A program made the position numbers and the translations under genes. Positions 51,598 to 61,100 of a stretch of DNA of 64,000 nucleotides are shown here, in pieces. Under the pieces are notes generated by a model. That model did not search any database and had not been told where the DNA came from. It was given only the letters and a program-made list of their open reading frames with translations. Source of the DNA: an uncultured Acidobacteriota bacterium (GTDB lineage Bacteria; Acidobacteriota; Thermoanaerobaculia; Multivoradales; SZUA-115). Position 1 is the first letter of the stretch. Every line of letters starts with the position of its first letter. The stretch is from contig CAWDVR010000005.1 of assembly GCA_963805975.1 (NCBI GenBank), positions 480,001-544,000 of the forward strand. Reading direction: 5' to 3'.

Positions 51598-52962
51598 ATG
51601 CGAGCGCCGAGCCCAGCCCCCCTGCGGAAGCTCGCACTTCGGTGGAAGCACTGGCTTCCGATCGTTCTGATTCCTGCCCTCGGCGTAACCCTCTTCCAAC
51701 TTCAGAGCGCGGACTGGTTCCGTGGTGCTTCGCAGATGGCGGTCTCGACCGCTGCCGTACTGCCGGCGCTGCCCGTGGCTCCACCAACGCCCCCGGCTTC
51801 GCCCCCGATCCAGCGCACGGTGCGCTCCGGCGAGACCCTGAGCCAGGTCTTCGAAGATCTGGGCCTGAGCTCGCAGGAGGCTCGTTCGGCGGTGGACGCG
51901 ATACGCCCCCACGTCGACCCACGCCGCGTCCGCACCGGCGACGCCTACGTTGCCGCGTACGATCCGAGCCGGAAGCTGGTGTCGTTCGAGATGGGTGTTA
52001 CCGGCCGCGGGCGGGTCAAGCTCGCGCGCTCGGCCGCGGACGCCTGGCGATCGATCTTCACGCCCGTGGTCCGCGAGGTCCGTCCCCGCGTCGTCACCGC
52101 TGAGCTCAGCGAGTCGCTCGAGGCTGCGATCCGCGGTGCGCAGGCGGATCCGGTGCTCGCCTACAAGATGGCCGACGTGCTGCAGTGGGACCTCGATTTC
52201 ACCCGCGATCTGCGCGTCGGCGACAAGTTCCAGATCCTCTACGAAGAGGTTCTCCTCGACGGTAAGTTCGCCTCGGTGGGCGAGGTCGTGGCCTTGCGCT
52301 ACGAGAACCGTGGCCGGGTGCTGGCGGCCTTCCGCCATGGCGAGGGCTACTACGACGCCGACGGCCGGCCGCTCAAGAAGATGTTCCTGCGGGCTCCGCT
52401 GCGCTTCACCCGCGTCACCTCCGGCTTCTCTCATCGCCGCTTTCATCCGGTTCTCCATACGTTCCGGCCGCACTACGGCGTCGACTACGGAGCGCCCAAG
52501 GGCACCCCGGTGATGGTCACCGCCAACGGCACCGTGAGCTTTGCCGGTTGGGACCGTGGCGGCGGCAAGACCGTCAAGGTGCGGCATCCGGGGGGCTACA
52601 CCACCTGCTATCTCCATCTCTCCGGCTTCGCCGAGGGCATCCGGCCCGGTCGGACCGTGCGCCAGAGCGACGTGGTCGGCTTCGTCGGGTCCACGGGCCT
52701 GGCGACGGCCCCGCACCTCGACTACCGGGTCAACCTGAACGGAAAGTGGCTCAACCCGCTCTCTCTGGATGCGGTGCCGGCACGACCCATCAGTGGCACC
52801 GAGCTGGCGAGCTTCCGGGCCCGCCGGGACGCGCTGCTGGCGAGCCTCGCGGCTGGAAAGCCGCTCGCGATGCCGCTCGACCCGGAGACCAAGCTGGCCC
52901 GCTCCTCGCCCGGCCTGCCGGCCTCCGCCGTCGCCCCGGACATGGCCTCGGCGCGCCGATAA
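51598..52962 (+). CDS. M23 peptidoglycan DD-endopeptidase (MepM-like)
   Basis: HYGVDY (HxxxD), YLHLS, GSTGLATAPHLDY, with an N-terminal TM. Confidence 0.92.
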   Translation: MRAPSPAPLRKLALRWKHWLPIVLIPALGVTLFQLQSADWFRGASQMAVSTAAVLPALPVAPPTPPASPPIQRTVRSGETLSQVFEDLGLSSQEARSAVDAIRPHVDPRRVRTGDAYVAAYDPSRKLVSFEMGVTGRGRVKLARSAADAWRSIFTPVVREVRPRVVTAELSESLEAAIRGAQADPVLAYKMADVLQWDLDFTRDLRVGDKFQILYEEVLLDGKFASVGEVVALRYENRGRVLAAFRHGEGYYDADGRPLKKMFLRAPLRFTRVTSGFSHRRFHPVLHTFRPHYGVDYGAPKGTPVMVTANGTVSFAGWDRGGGKTVKVRHPGGYTTCYLHLSGFAEGIRPGRTVRQSDVVGFVGSTGLATAPHLDYRVNLNGKWLNPLSLDAVPARPISGTELASFRARRDALLASLAAGKPLAMPLDPETKLARSSPGLPASAVAPDMASARR

Positions 52963-53013
52963 GTCGGAAAAAAGGCGGGGAACGCCTATCAAGACCGCAA
53001 AGCAGGTTTCGTC

Positions 53014-53391
53014 TTAGAAGCGGTTGTCGTCACGGCCGGCGACCAGCGGCCGGAGCTTGCCCGTCTTGACGGTGATGAGCGATTCCACCTCGCGGCGGGT
53101 GGGCTCGTCCAAGGCCTGGAAGTCTCGAATCAAGCCCATGTCGCGCTCGCTCATCGACTCCTTCGCCATGTCGTCGAAGAACTCCCCGATCGTGATCTGG
53201 AACTCCGAGAGGATGCGGAAGAGGGTGTCCAGGCTGACTCGATACTCTCCTTTTTCCATCCGGGAGAGGTCGGACTGCTGGATGCCGATGCGTGAAGAGA
53301 GCTCGGTCTGAGTCAGGTTGTGCTCCTTGCGGAGCTGGCGGATCTTCCGCCCGACGAGCTTCACCGGCCGGATCTTGTAGACGGTAGCCAT
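53014..53391 (-). CDS. XRE-family HTH transcriptional regulator
   Basis: GRKIRQLRKEHNLTQTELS.RIGIQQSDLSRMEKGE. Confidence 0.9.
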   Translation of the reverse strand: MATVYKIRPVKLVGRKIRQLRKEHNLTQTELSSRIGIQQSDLSRMEKGEYRVSLDTLFRILSEFQITIGEFFDDMAKESMSERDMGLIRDFQALDEPTRREVESLITVKTGKLRPLVAGRDDNRF

Positions 53392-53558
53392 CTTGACACG
53401 TTCTCCAGAGCCCCTAGACGCTATCGAAATGTCGATTTGGCATGGCAGAGCTGAGATAGCTGACACTAGCGAGGTGCTCCGGCGAAGTCAAGATGGGGTG
53501 ACGACATAGGTTGTGGGGGTCATCCGGAAGGCTTGCTGATAATCTGGCGCCGCCTCCC

Positions 53559-54329
53559 ATGCGGCAAAACCTCTTCCTGCTGAAAGAGCTCGTCCAGCGC
53601 GACTTCAAGGGCCGCTACGCCGGCTCCCTGTTCGGCCTTTTCTGGTCCTTCGCCCAGCCGCTCTGGCTTCTGGTGCTCTTCAGCTTCGTGTTCGCCACGG
53701 TGATGAAGATCTCGCTGGCGGGGGAGAGAACGGGGAGCTTCGCGGTGTTCGTGTTCTGCGGCCTCCTGCCATGGACGGCCCTCAACGAGGGCCTCAACCG
53801 GTCGGCGACGGCGGTGACCGACAGCTCCAACCTGGTGAAAAAGCTGCGGTTTCGGTCCCAGATCCTAGTCTTGACCGTGGTTCTGACGGCGCTGCTCCAC
53901 CAAGCGATCGCTATGTCCCTGTTCATGGTCTTCCTGGTCGCGACCGGTGAGCTTGAGTGGCGCGGGCTGCCGTTGCTCGCCCTGGCGATCCCCCTCCAGG
54001 CGGCGCTCACCGTGGGGCTGGGCCTGTTGCTCGCCGCCGTTCACGTGTTCTTCCGCGACACCGCGCAGATTCTGGCGCTCGCGCTCTCCGGCTGGTTCTA
54101 TTTCACGCCGATCGTCTATCCACTGAGCCTGGTTCCCGAGACCATCCGTCCCTGGGTCGAGCTCAACCCGCTGACGGCCCTGGTCGGCCTCTACCGGCAG
54201 GGGCTCCTCGGCGGCACCTTGACGCTGCCCTCGGGCACCGGAGCACTCGCCGTCCTTGCCGTCGTGGCGCTCCTCGGGGGAAGCTGGCTTTTTGGCCGGC
54301 TGGAGCCGCTTTTCGTCGACGAGGTTTGA
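53559..54329 (+). CDS. wzm: Polysaccharide ABC exporter permease
   Basis: RDFKGRYAGS.FG..WS..QP, GLLPW, VFFRD, FYFTPIVYP, LNPL. Confidence 0.92.
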   Translation: MRQNLFLLKELVQRDFKGRYAGSLFGLFWSFAQPLWLLVLFSFVFATVMKISLAGERTGSFAVFVFCGLLPWTALNEGLNRSATAVTDSSNLVKKLRFRSQILVLTVVLTALLHQAIAMSLFMVFLVATGELEWRGLPLLALAIPLQAALTVGLGLLLAAVHVFFRDTAQILALALSGWFYFTPIVYPLSLVPETIRPWVELNPLTALVGLYRQGLLGGTLTLPSGTGALAVLAVVALLGGSWLFGRLEPLFVDEV

Positions 54330-54344
54330 ATTCGTTCGCTGCCG

Positions 54345-54360
54345 TGGCGCAGAGCTTGCT
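54345..54360 (+). promoter_or_regulatory. Sigma-54 -24/-12 promoter upstream of the FG-GAP lipoprotein
   Basis: TGGCGC-AGAGC-TTGCT in the intergenic gap, with GG-N10-GC spacing. Confidence 0.6.
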
Positions 54361-54449
54361 TCCTGTTAGATTCTCGTCTGTAAAGGGCGTGCCTTGGTAC
54401 CGAGCACGCTTCTACCATCCGGTCTCATTCTTGAAGGGCTCGATTCTCT

Positions 54450-56294
54450 ATGCTGATTCAGCGGTTCAGGACTCCTTCGGCCATCTGTTGCCTCGCCGCT
54501 TTCCTCACGGGAACGGCCCTTTTGACCGGCTGCACCGCCAACTCTGCCGCCAACTCGGCCTCTGTGGCGCCGGCCAGCGAAGCAGCTCCGCCGGCAGCGG
54601 CTCCGGGAGCGCCGCCGGTGGCCGAGAAGCCGGCTCCTCCGCCCCCGGCGACCTCGAGCCCGCCCGCGCTGGCAACCTCGACTCCGGTGCGCACTCCGGA
54701 GCAGGCGCTCTCGGCGGTCTCGGGTGCCCAGGTCGATGTGCCTCCTCCCCCGCGGGCGGGCATCGAGCCGCCGGACGGCGTCTGGCTGAGCGACGAGACC
54801 GGCACCGAGTTCTATATCGAGAAGATGAAGCGCTACGAGGGCAAGTACAAGTGGATCACCGATCACCAGATCAACTATCTCGGCGTCAAGGTGGACATCG
54901 TCGACGCCGATGACGACTGGTTCTACGTCAAGGTCTATCGCGTTCGGGACTACGAGCGCAGCATCAAGCGCGTGGACCCGACGCCCGAGCAGCTCGCCGA
55001 GGTCGCGGCCACTTTCTCGGGCGATACCGGTCAATCCGATCGCTTGGAGTTCCGCGCTTTCGACCGTGGGTTGCCGGCCAACGGCCTGTGGCGCAACGGC
55101 TTCGTGATCGCCGACATGAATGGCGATGGCCACCCCGACATCGTGCACAGCCCGCCCCGCAAAGGCGGTGGCCTGCCGATCGTCTTCCTGGGCGACGGCA
55201 AGGGGGGCTGGCAGGTGTGGCGGGAGCTGCGCTATCCGCGGGAGTACGACTACGGCGACGTGGCCGTGGGCGACTTCAATGGCGACCGCCACCAGGACTT
55301 GGCGCTCGCCATCCACCTGCGCGGCATGCGGGTGCTGGTGGGCGACGGCAAGGGCCGTTTCACCGAGTGGTCGGACGGGCTCGACTACCAGGTGCCCGGC
55401 GAAGGTGGCGATTCCTCGGGCTTCTCCTCGCGCGCCGTTCGCGTCGTCGATTGGAATGGCGACGGTCGCCCCGACGTGCTGGCCCTCGCCGAGGGACCCC
55501 GCATCGGCAACCCCTCGGCCGAGCAGAGGCGGCGCGAGGGTCTGGGAGCGGTCGCCTTCGTGGCCGAGGGGCCGATGGTGTTCCTGAACCAGGGCAATGG
55601 GAAGTGGGTGAAGCAGGCCGAACCGGCGAACCTGCAGGGGATCTTCGGCGACGACCTCGAGGTTGGAGACTTCAACGCCGACGGCCGGGTCGACTTCGCG
55701 ACCTCCTCGAGCCGCATGTCGCGGAAGGATCTGGTCAACCTCGGCGGACCTGGCGTCGAATGGAAGGCGGAGATGATCGGGTCTGTGCGGTCCAACGCCT
55801 ACGTGCGCGGCATTTCGGTGGCAGACGTAGACCACGACGGCAAGGACGACCTCTTCGTCTCCTTCGTCTGCTACGAGCTGGGAATCTGGAGAAGCGGGAT
55901 CGACCTGCTCTACTCGCGGCCAGACGGCGCCTGGGAGCGGAAGTCGCTCTTCGCGCGCGAGGACCGCACGGCCTTCTACGGCATGGCCGCCGGTGACCTC
56001 GACGCCGATGGCGCCGTCGATGTCGTGGCGGTCGACAACGACGGCGGCATGCTCGTGCTGCTGGGCGATGGCAAGGGCGGCTTTGCCGTCGAGGAGTCGC
56101 CCGAGCTCAACAAGCTGCGCGGCATGTGCCGCGGCTACCGGGTTGAGCTGGCCGACCTCGACGGCGACGGCCGCGACGAGGTGATCGCCAACTACGCGGA
56201 CGAGCCCTCGGCGCTCTTCGACCCGCAGCGCTGCCTGAATGGCGGCGGTGTGGTGGCCGTCACCTCGGTTGCCAGGGCCGGTGCCGGCCGCTGA
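54450..56294 (+). CDS. FG-GAP/VCBS-repeat beta-propeller lipoprotein
   Basis: Lipobox LLTGC, Pro/Ala linker, and about seven D.N/D.DG..D Ca-binding repeats. Confidence 0.85.
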   Translation: MLIQRFRTPSAICCLAAFLTGTALLTGCTANSAANSASVAPASEAAPPAAAPGAPPVAEKPAPPPPATSSPPALATSTPVRTPEQALSAVSGAQVDVPPPPRAGIEPPDGVWLSDETGTEFYIEKMKRYEGKYKWITDHQINYLGVKVDIVDADDDWFYVKVYRVRDYERSIKRVDPTPEQLAEVAATFSGDTGQSDRLEFRAFDRGLPANGLWRNGFVIADMNGDGHPDIVHSPPRKGGGLPIVFLGDGKGGWQVWRELRYPREYDYGDVAVGDFNGDRHQDLALAIHLRGMRVLVGDGKGRFTEWSDGLDYQVPGEGGDSSGFSSRAVRVVDWNGDGRPDVLALAEGPRIGNPSAEQRRREGLGAVAFVAEGPMVFLNQGNGKWVKQAEPANLQGIFGDDLEVGDFNADGRVDFATSSSRMSRKDLVNLGGPGVEWKAEMIGSVRSNAYVRGISVADVDHDGKDDLFVSFVCYELGIWRSGIDLLYSRPDGAWERKSLFAREDRTAFYGMAAGDLDADGAVDVVAVDNDGGMLVLLGDGKGGFAVEESPELNKLRGMCRGYRVELADLDGDGRDEVIANYADEPSALFDPQRCLNGGGVVAVTSVARAGAGR

Positions 56295-56322
56295 GCCGGC
56301 CAAAAAACCTCCACCAAGCGGC

Positions 56323-56350
56323 TTGACACCTCGAACAGCCGTCCTATAGT
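56323..56350 (+). promoter_or_regulatory. Near-consensus sigma-70 promoter
   Basis: TTGACA (56323-28), 16-bp spacer, TATAGT (56345-50), with an upstream A-tract. Confidence 0.85.
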
Positions 56351-56355
56351 GTAAG

Positions 56356-56638
56356 AGCATAAGACGGCCTGACCGCCCGTGAATGCTCGGGAGACAGCTC
56401 CCGGGAGCTCGAGGGTGTAGCGGCCATCGGGTCGCACTCGAGATCGGCTGCGGCCCGATCGACACGCAGCAGCTTCGAACAACGTAAGACCGCTTTGAAT
56501 CTTTTGCTTGGAGGTGATGTTTCTCAGCCGGAAGGAACCACGGAAGGTACTGACAGCTAGTTGGATGTGTTGGGTGGGAAATCCGCTTTGGTTTCCCCGT
56601 GGGAAACAACGTAGTCACCTTTGAGGAGATTGTCTGTC
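56356..56638 (+). promoter_or_regulatory. Long structured 5' leader
   Basis: About 280 nt between promoter and ATG, with several hairpins and a long-range pairing just before the GAGGAG SD. Confidence 0.6.
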
Positions 56639-57961
56639 ATGAAGAAAACTGCGGTTTGCATCGCGCTCGTGGGCCTGCTGGCCCTGGGCGGTCAGGCGAT
56701 CGCGGAGATTGGGACGATCGACGATGTGCCGGCGGCGACTTTGCTGCTGCCGTACTTCGCGGTCGATCTCAACGATCCGCTGGCCTTGACGACCCTGTTC
56801 TCGATCAACAATGCCTCGGCGGCCCCGGCGATCGCCCACGTCACTCTGTGGACGGACCTGTCGGTACCGACGCTCGACTTCAACGTCTACCTGACCGGGT
56901 ATGACGTGGTCACGTTCAACCTGCGCGACCTGTTCACCACGGGTACGGTGCCGGCGACGGAGCACATCAACGACGGCGATGCGATCTCGCCGGTGGGTGT
57001 GTTCTCGTTGGTGACCAACCCGATCACGGGCGTGGGCCCGGGCTCGACGTCGTGCAACGGCCAGTTGCCGTTGCCGCCGCTGCCGGGCGTGCTGCTCGAC
57101 CACATTCGTGCGGCGCACACCGGTTTGGCTTCGCCGGTGGTGTTCGGTGGTCTGTGCTCGGGTGTGGAGTATGGCGACAACATTGCTCGCGGTTACATCA
57201 CGATCGACAGCGTGAACTTCTGCACGCTGGACTTCCCCGGCGACACCGGTTACTTCATTGCCGGTGGCAACGGTGCGGCGAACAACCTGAACCAGCTCTG
57301 GGGCGACTACTTCTACGTCAATTCGGGTGAGAACTTCGCGCAGGGCGAGACGCTGGTGCATCTCGAGGCGTCGGCGGCACTGGGTGCGGCGAACTACACG
57401 TACTACCGTCGGTACAGCGGCGGCGCTGACCAGCGCGAGGGCATGGGCTCGACGTTCGCGGTGCGTTACAACGATGGTGGTGCGTTCTCGGGTGGTACGA
57501 GCCTGGTGGTGTGGCGCGATGCGAAGCGGACGATCTTCCCGTTCTCGTGCGCTCTGACGGCTCCGGCTCCGTATCCGTTGGGTCAGACGCAGATCGTGAT
57601 CTTCGACGAAGACGAGAACCCGGACGTTCCGGAGTCCTCGCCGTTCTCGCCGGTGATCCCGGGTACGTCTCTGCTGCCGTTCCCGTGGGAGACGCAGTCG
57701 ACGCAGGTCAACGGTCCGGACTTCCCGGTGCCGTTCAACTTCGGTTGGCTGTACCTGAACCTGAACGCCGCAGTGGCGGGCAGCCAGGTGCCGTTCGAGC
57801 CGATCATGCAGAACTGGGTGACGGCGCTGATGGATGCCGACGGTCGGTTCAGCGTGGGCTTCGATGCGATCCAGCTCGACAACGTGACCGACCCGGCCAC
57901 GGCGACGAACATCCTGCTCCCGGTCTGCGACGGCGCACCGGATCCGGCTGGCTGCTTCTAG
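56639..57961 (+). CDS. Abundant secreted surface protein, putative S-layer subunit
   Basis: Signal peptide (AIA-E), acidic and almost Lys-free mature part, many GGT/CGT/GAT codons, strong promoter, long leader and its own terminator. Confidence 0.6.
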   Translation: MKKTAVCIALVGLLALGGQAIAEIGTIDDVPAATLLLPYFAVDLNDPLALTTLFSINNASAAPAIAHVTLWTDLSVPTLDFNVYLTGYDVVTFNLRDLFTTGTVPATEHINDGDAISPVGVFSLVTNPITGVGPGSTSCNGQLPLPPLPGVLLDHIRAAHTGLASPVVFGGLCSGVEYGDNIARGYITIDSVNFCTLDFPGDTGYFIAGGNGAANNLNQLWGDYFYVNSGENFAQGETLVHLEASAALGAANYTYYRRYSGGADQREGMGSTFAVRYNDGGAFSGGTSLVVWRDAKRTIFPFSCALTAPAPYPLGQTQIVIFDEDENPDVPESSPFSPVIPGTSLLPFPWETQSTQVNGPDFPVPFNFGWLYLNLNAAVAGSQVPFEPIMQNWVTALMDADGRFSVGFDAIQLDNVTDPATATNILLPVCDGAPDPAGCF

Positions 57962-57988
57962 TGGTTCGCGAGTAGCGTTTGCTCGACT

Positions 57989-58024
57989 CCAGGTGGGCCT
58001 GGCCTCCAGGCCCACCTGGTTTCT
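57989..58024 (+). terminator. Rho-independent terminator
   Basis: Perfect 14-bp stem CCAGGTGGGCCTGG/CCAGGCCCACCTGG with 3-nt loop, then TTTCT. Confidence 0.8.
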
Positions 58025-58170
58025 CCGGCAGCCTCTGCAACGTGCTCCTCGTCACCGCGGGGCAGATTGGAGCGGCCAGCCACCGGCCAGCGAGCACACT
58101 CGCTCCGGCGGGAACTCTTCAACCCGGCGATCCGATCAGAGCCGGCTTTTCCAAGGACGGTAAACAATTG

Positions 58171-61100
58171 ATGGAGCTACGCTCGATGACCCGGAAGACC
58201 GCCCTGCAAGTTCCATGCTGCGTGAGCCTATGCCTACTCCTCGCGGTCGCCGTGTCTGCGCCGGTCGAGGCTCAGGGAAGCTGCCAGTTCTCCCTCGCCG
58301 CAGCCCCCGCATCGGGTGTGCCGGCGGCGCTCTGGGGCGACCTGAAGCCCGTGGACGCCGGCCAGCTGCCGTCGGACCGCGACAACACCGGGATGAGCGA
58401 CCTGATCTCGCCAAGCGAGACGCGGCCGCGCTGGATGTCGATCGACATCGAGAACAGCTACGGTTTCGTGGCCATCACCCACGGCTTGCAGATCTGGGAT
58501 CTCTCGAGCCCGGCTGCGCCCGCCTTCCGCGGCGTCGCCGGACCTGGCTCCTTTCTCTCCTGGCGCACGGACCCGCACGAGGGCAACCCGGCGCGTGACG
58601 TCGACTCTCCGCCAGGCAACGACGACGTGACCGCGGTCGCCGTGGTCGGCGGTGGTGGGCTCAACGTGTTCGACACCAGCGTCAAGAACAGCCCGGTGGC
58701 GCGCTACGCCGACGGCGGCAAGACGGCGAACCAGGTCTACGCCGGGCGCGTCGGCGGCAAGGACTATGCCTTCGTCGCCAGCACCGACGCAGGGCTCCTG
58801 GCCTACGACCTCGAAGTCGCCGGCAACCTGACGACGGCCTGTATCGACAACTCTCCCAGCTCGGTCACCTGCGGCGTTTACCGTGGTCGGATCGGCTCCC
58901 GCGGAGGGTTGCTGTACGTGGACGGCGTGTCCAACGCGGCGCAGACGCAGCTCTGGGTCGCCTCCGCCGGCGGCCGCACCAGCACGGGGATGGAGCTGTG
59001 GAACGTCTCCAATCCCACCAACCCTCAGCTCGTTTTCGCGCCGACCTTCCCGGAGTCGCCGTCCTACCCGGACTTCGTCCACGGTGTCGCCCTCTGGCGT
59101 AACGGGTCGAGCTACTACCTGGCGCTGCGGGTCGAGGTGGGCAACAACACCACCTCGGCGCGCATCTACGACGTGAGCTGCATCGCCACCAGCTCCTGCA
59201 CCGGCCTGCCGGCCCCGATCTGGTCGCGCAACCTGCCCAACGAGTCGGCGGAGTTCTACATTACCGCTTCCGAGGGCGCCGGCCGACGCTTCCTGTACTT
59301 CGGCAACAACAACCGCTGCGCGAGCGGGCTGCAGAACGAGTGGCTCTACGACGTCAGCAGCCCCTCCTCGCCGACCGACGTCACACCCGGCCCGGGTCTG
59401 GTGGGCGGCGAGCAGACGGGCTACTGGGGCTGGTACTACCGCGCCAACCCCACCGGTTTCAACGAGATCGACCCGCGGATCGGGAAGTTCAACGGCCAGC
59501 ACTTCTATCGCACTGCCTACAGCATCTTCGACATCCACGTGTTGAACAGCGGAGGCCCGCCCACGGCGGCCTTCAGCCACACGCCGGCCCTGGTCTACGA
59601 AGGCCAGCAGATCGACTTTGCGGACAGCTCGCTCGGCAACCCGGCCTCTTGGAGCTGGACCTTCCAGGACGCGACGCCTCCGACCTCGACCAGCCAGAAC
59701 CCGCAGAACGTCGTGTTCAACTCACCGGGCGCCAAGTCGGTCTCGCTCCAGGTGACGAATGGCTTCGGCACCGACACCGAGGTGCAGAGCATCAACGTGC
59801 TCGACCCGGCACCGGTGGTGGCGAGCGTTACCGTCTCGCCCAACCCCGCGTTCGTCTGCCAGCCCATCACCTTCACGGCCACCGGCGTCACCGGTTTCCC
59901 CCTGCCGACCCTCTCCTGGGACGTCCAGGGCACCAGCGGCTCGGTCGCGACGGGCGGCAACGTCAACCCGTTCGTCTGGTCCACCACGGGTGCCACTCTT
60001 CCCGGTACCTACACGGGTACCGTGACCGCCGCCAGCGGCGCCGGCTCCGACGCGGCCATCAGCCCGACGCTGGTGCTCAGCGCGCTCCCGACCCTACCCT
60101 TGGCCGGTGCCTTCACGCCTATCACCGACCTCTTTACCGGCGGGACGGTGCAGTTCCATGTCAACGCCCTGGGCGCCACGGCGTGGTGCTGGAACTTCGG
60201 CGACGGCACCTCGTTCCCCACCGGCTGCCTGCCCTCGAACCCCGGTAGCTTCAGCACCGATCCGGTGGCGGGTCCGAACCCGTCGCACACCTACCAGTCG
60301 GTCAACACCTACGTGGTGAGCGTCAGCATCCGCAACTGCGTCGAGGGGGTGCGGACCAGCGCGCCGCTCTCCGTCAGCGTGACCCAGGTCACGCCGCTGA
60401 TCGCGGACTTCGCGGCCCAGGGCGTCTTCTGCACCGGCTCCGGCTGCTTCGCCAACACCAACACGCCGATCACCTTCACCAATCTGACGACCGGCCTGCC
60501 GGACTTCTACGATTACGATTGGGCGGGTGACGGGACCTACGAGGACGCCAACCACACGACGCCCGTGACCATCCACACCTATAGCGCGACGGGCACCGTG
60601 AAGCCCACGCTGCGGGTACGGCGTGGTACCGAGCAGGACGTCTTCGAACACCGTCAGATCGTGCTCTCGACCGGAAGTGGCGGCGGCCTGCCGAGCGCCG
60701 CGATCAGCGGTCCCTTGTCCGGACAGGTGGGAGCTGCGCTCTCGTACAGCGTCTCGGCCAGCAACTGCTCGCCCGCGCCCTCCACCTGGACCTGGGACGT
60801 CGGCGGCGGCACCATCAGCGGCTCGACCACCGGCAACCAGATCTCGGTGAGCTTCTCGACGTCGGGCACGAAGGTCATTCGCGCCACGGCCGGCGCCGGC
60901 GGCTGCACCGGTACGTCCGACACCCACTCGGTCTCCATCACCACCCCGACCGGCGGCGGGACATTGGCTGCCAACTTCAGCTTCACCCCGATCAACCCGA
61001 CCCCTGGCCAGCAGGTTTCCTTCGATGGCACCACCTCGACCGGAAGCCCGACCGGCTTCACCTGGCACTTTGGCGACAACACCTCCGGTACCGGCGTGAA

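Noticed and set aside
53438-53452. TGGCA sigma-54-like site upstream of wzm
   Set aside because: GG-to-GC spacing is 9, not 10, and there is no TTGC.
56517-56624. 35-aa uORF (MFLSRKEP...) in the long leader
   Set aside because: GGAGGTG directly abuts the ATG, too close for a normal SD; better explained as RNA pairing.
57979-58170. Extended N-terminus of the PKD protein given in the ORF track
   Set aside because: It spans the terminator; the signal peptide fits a start at 58171 or 58186.
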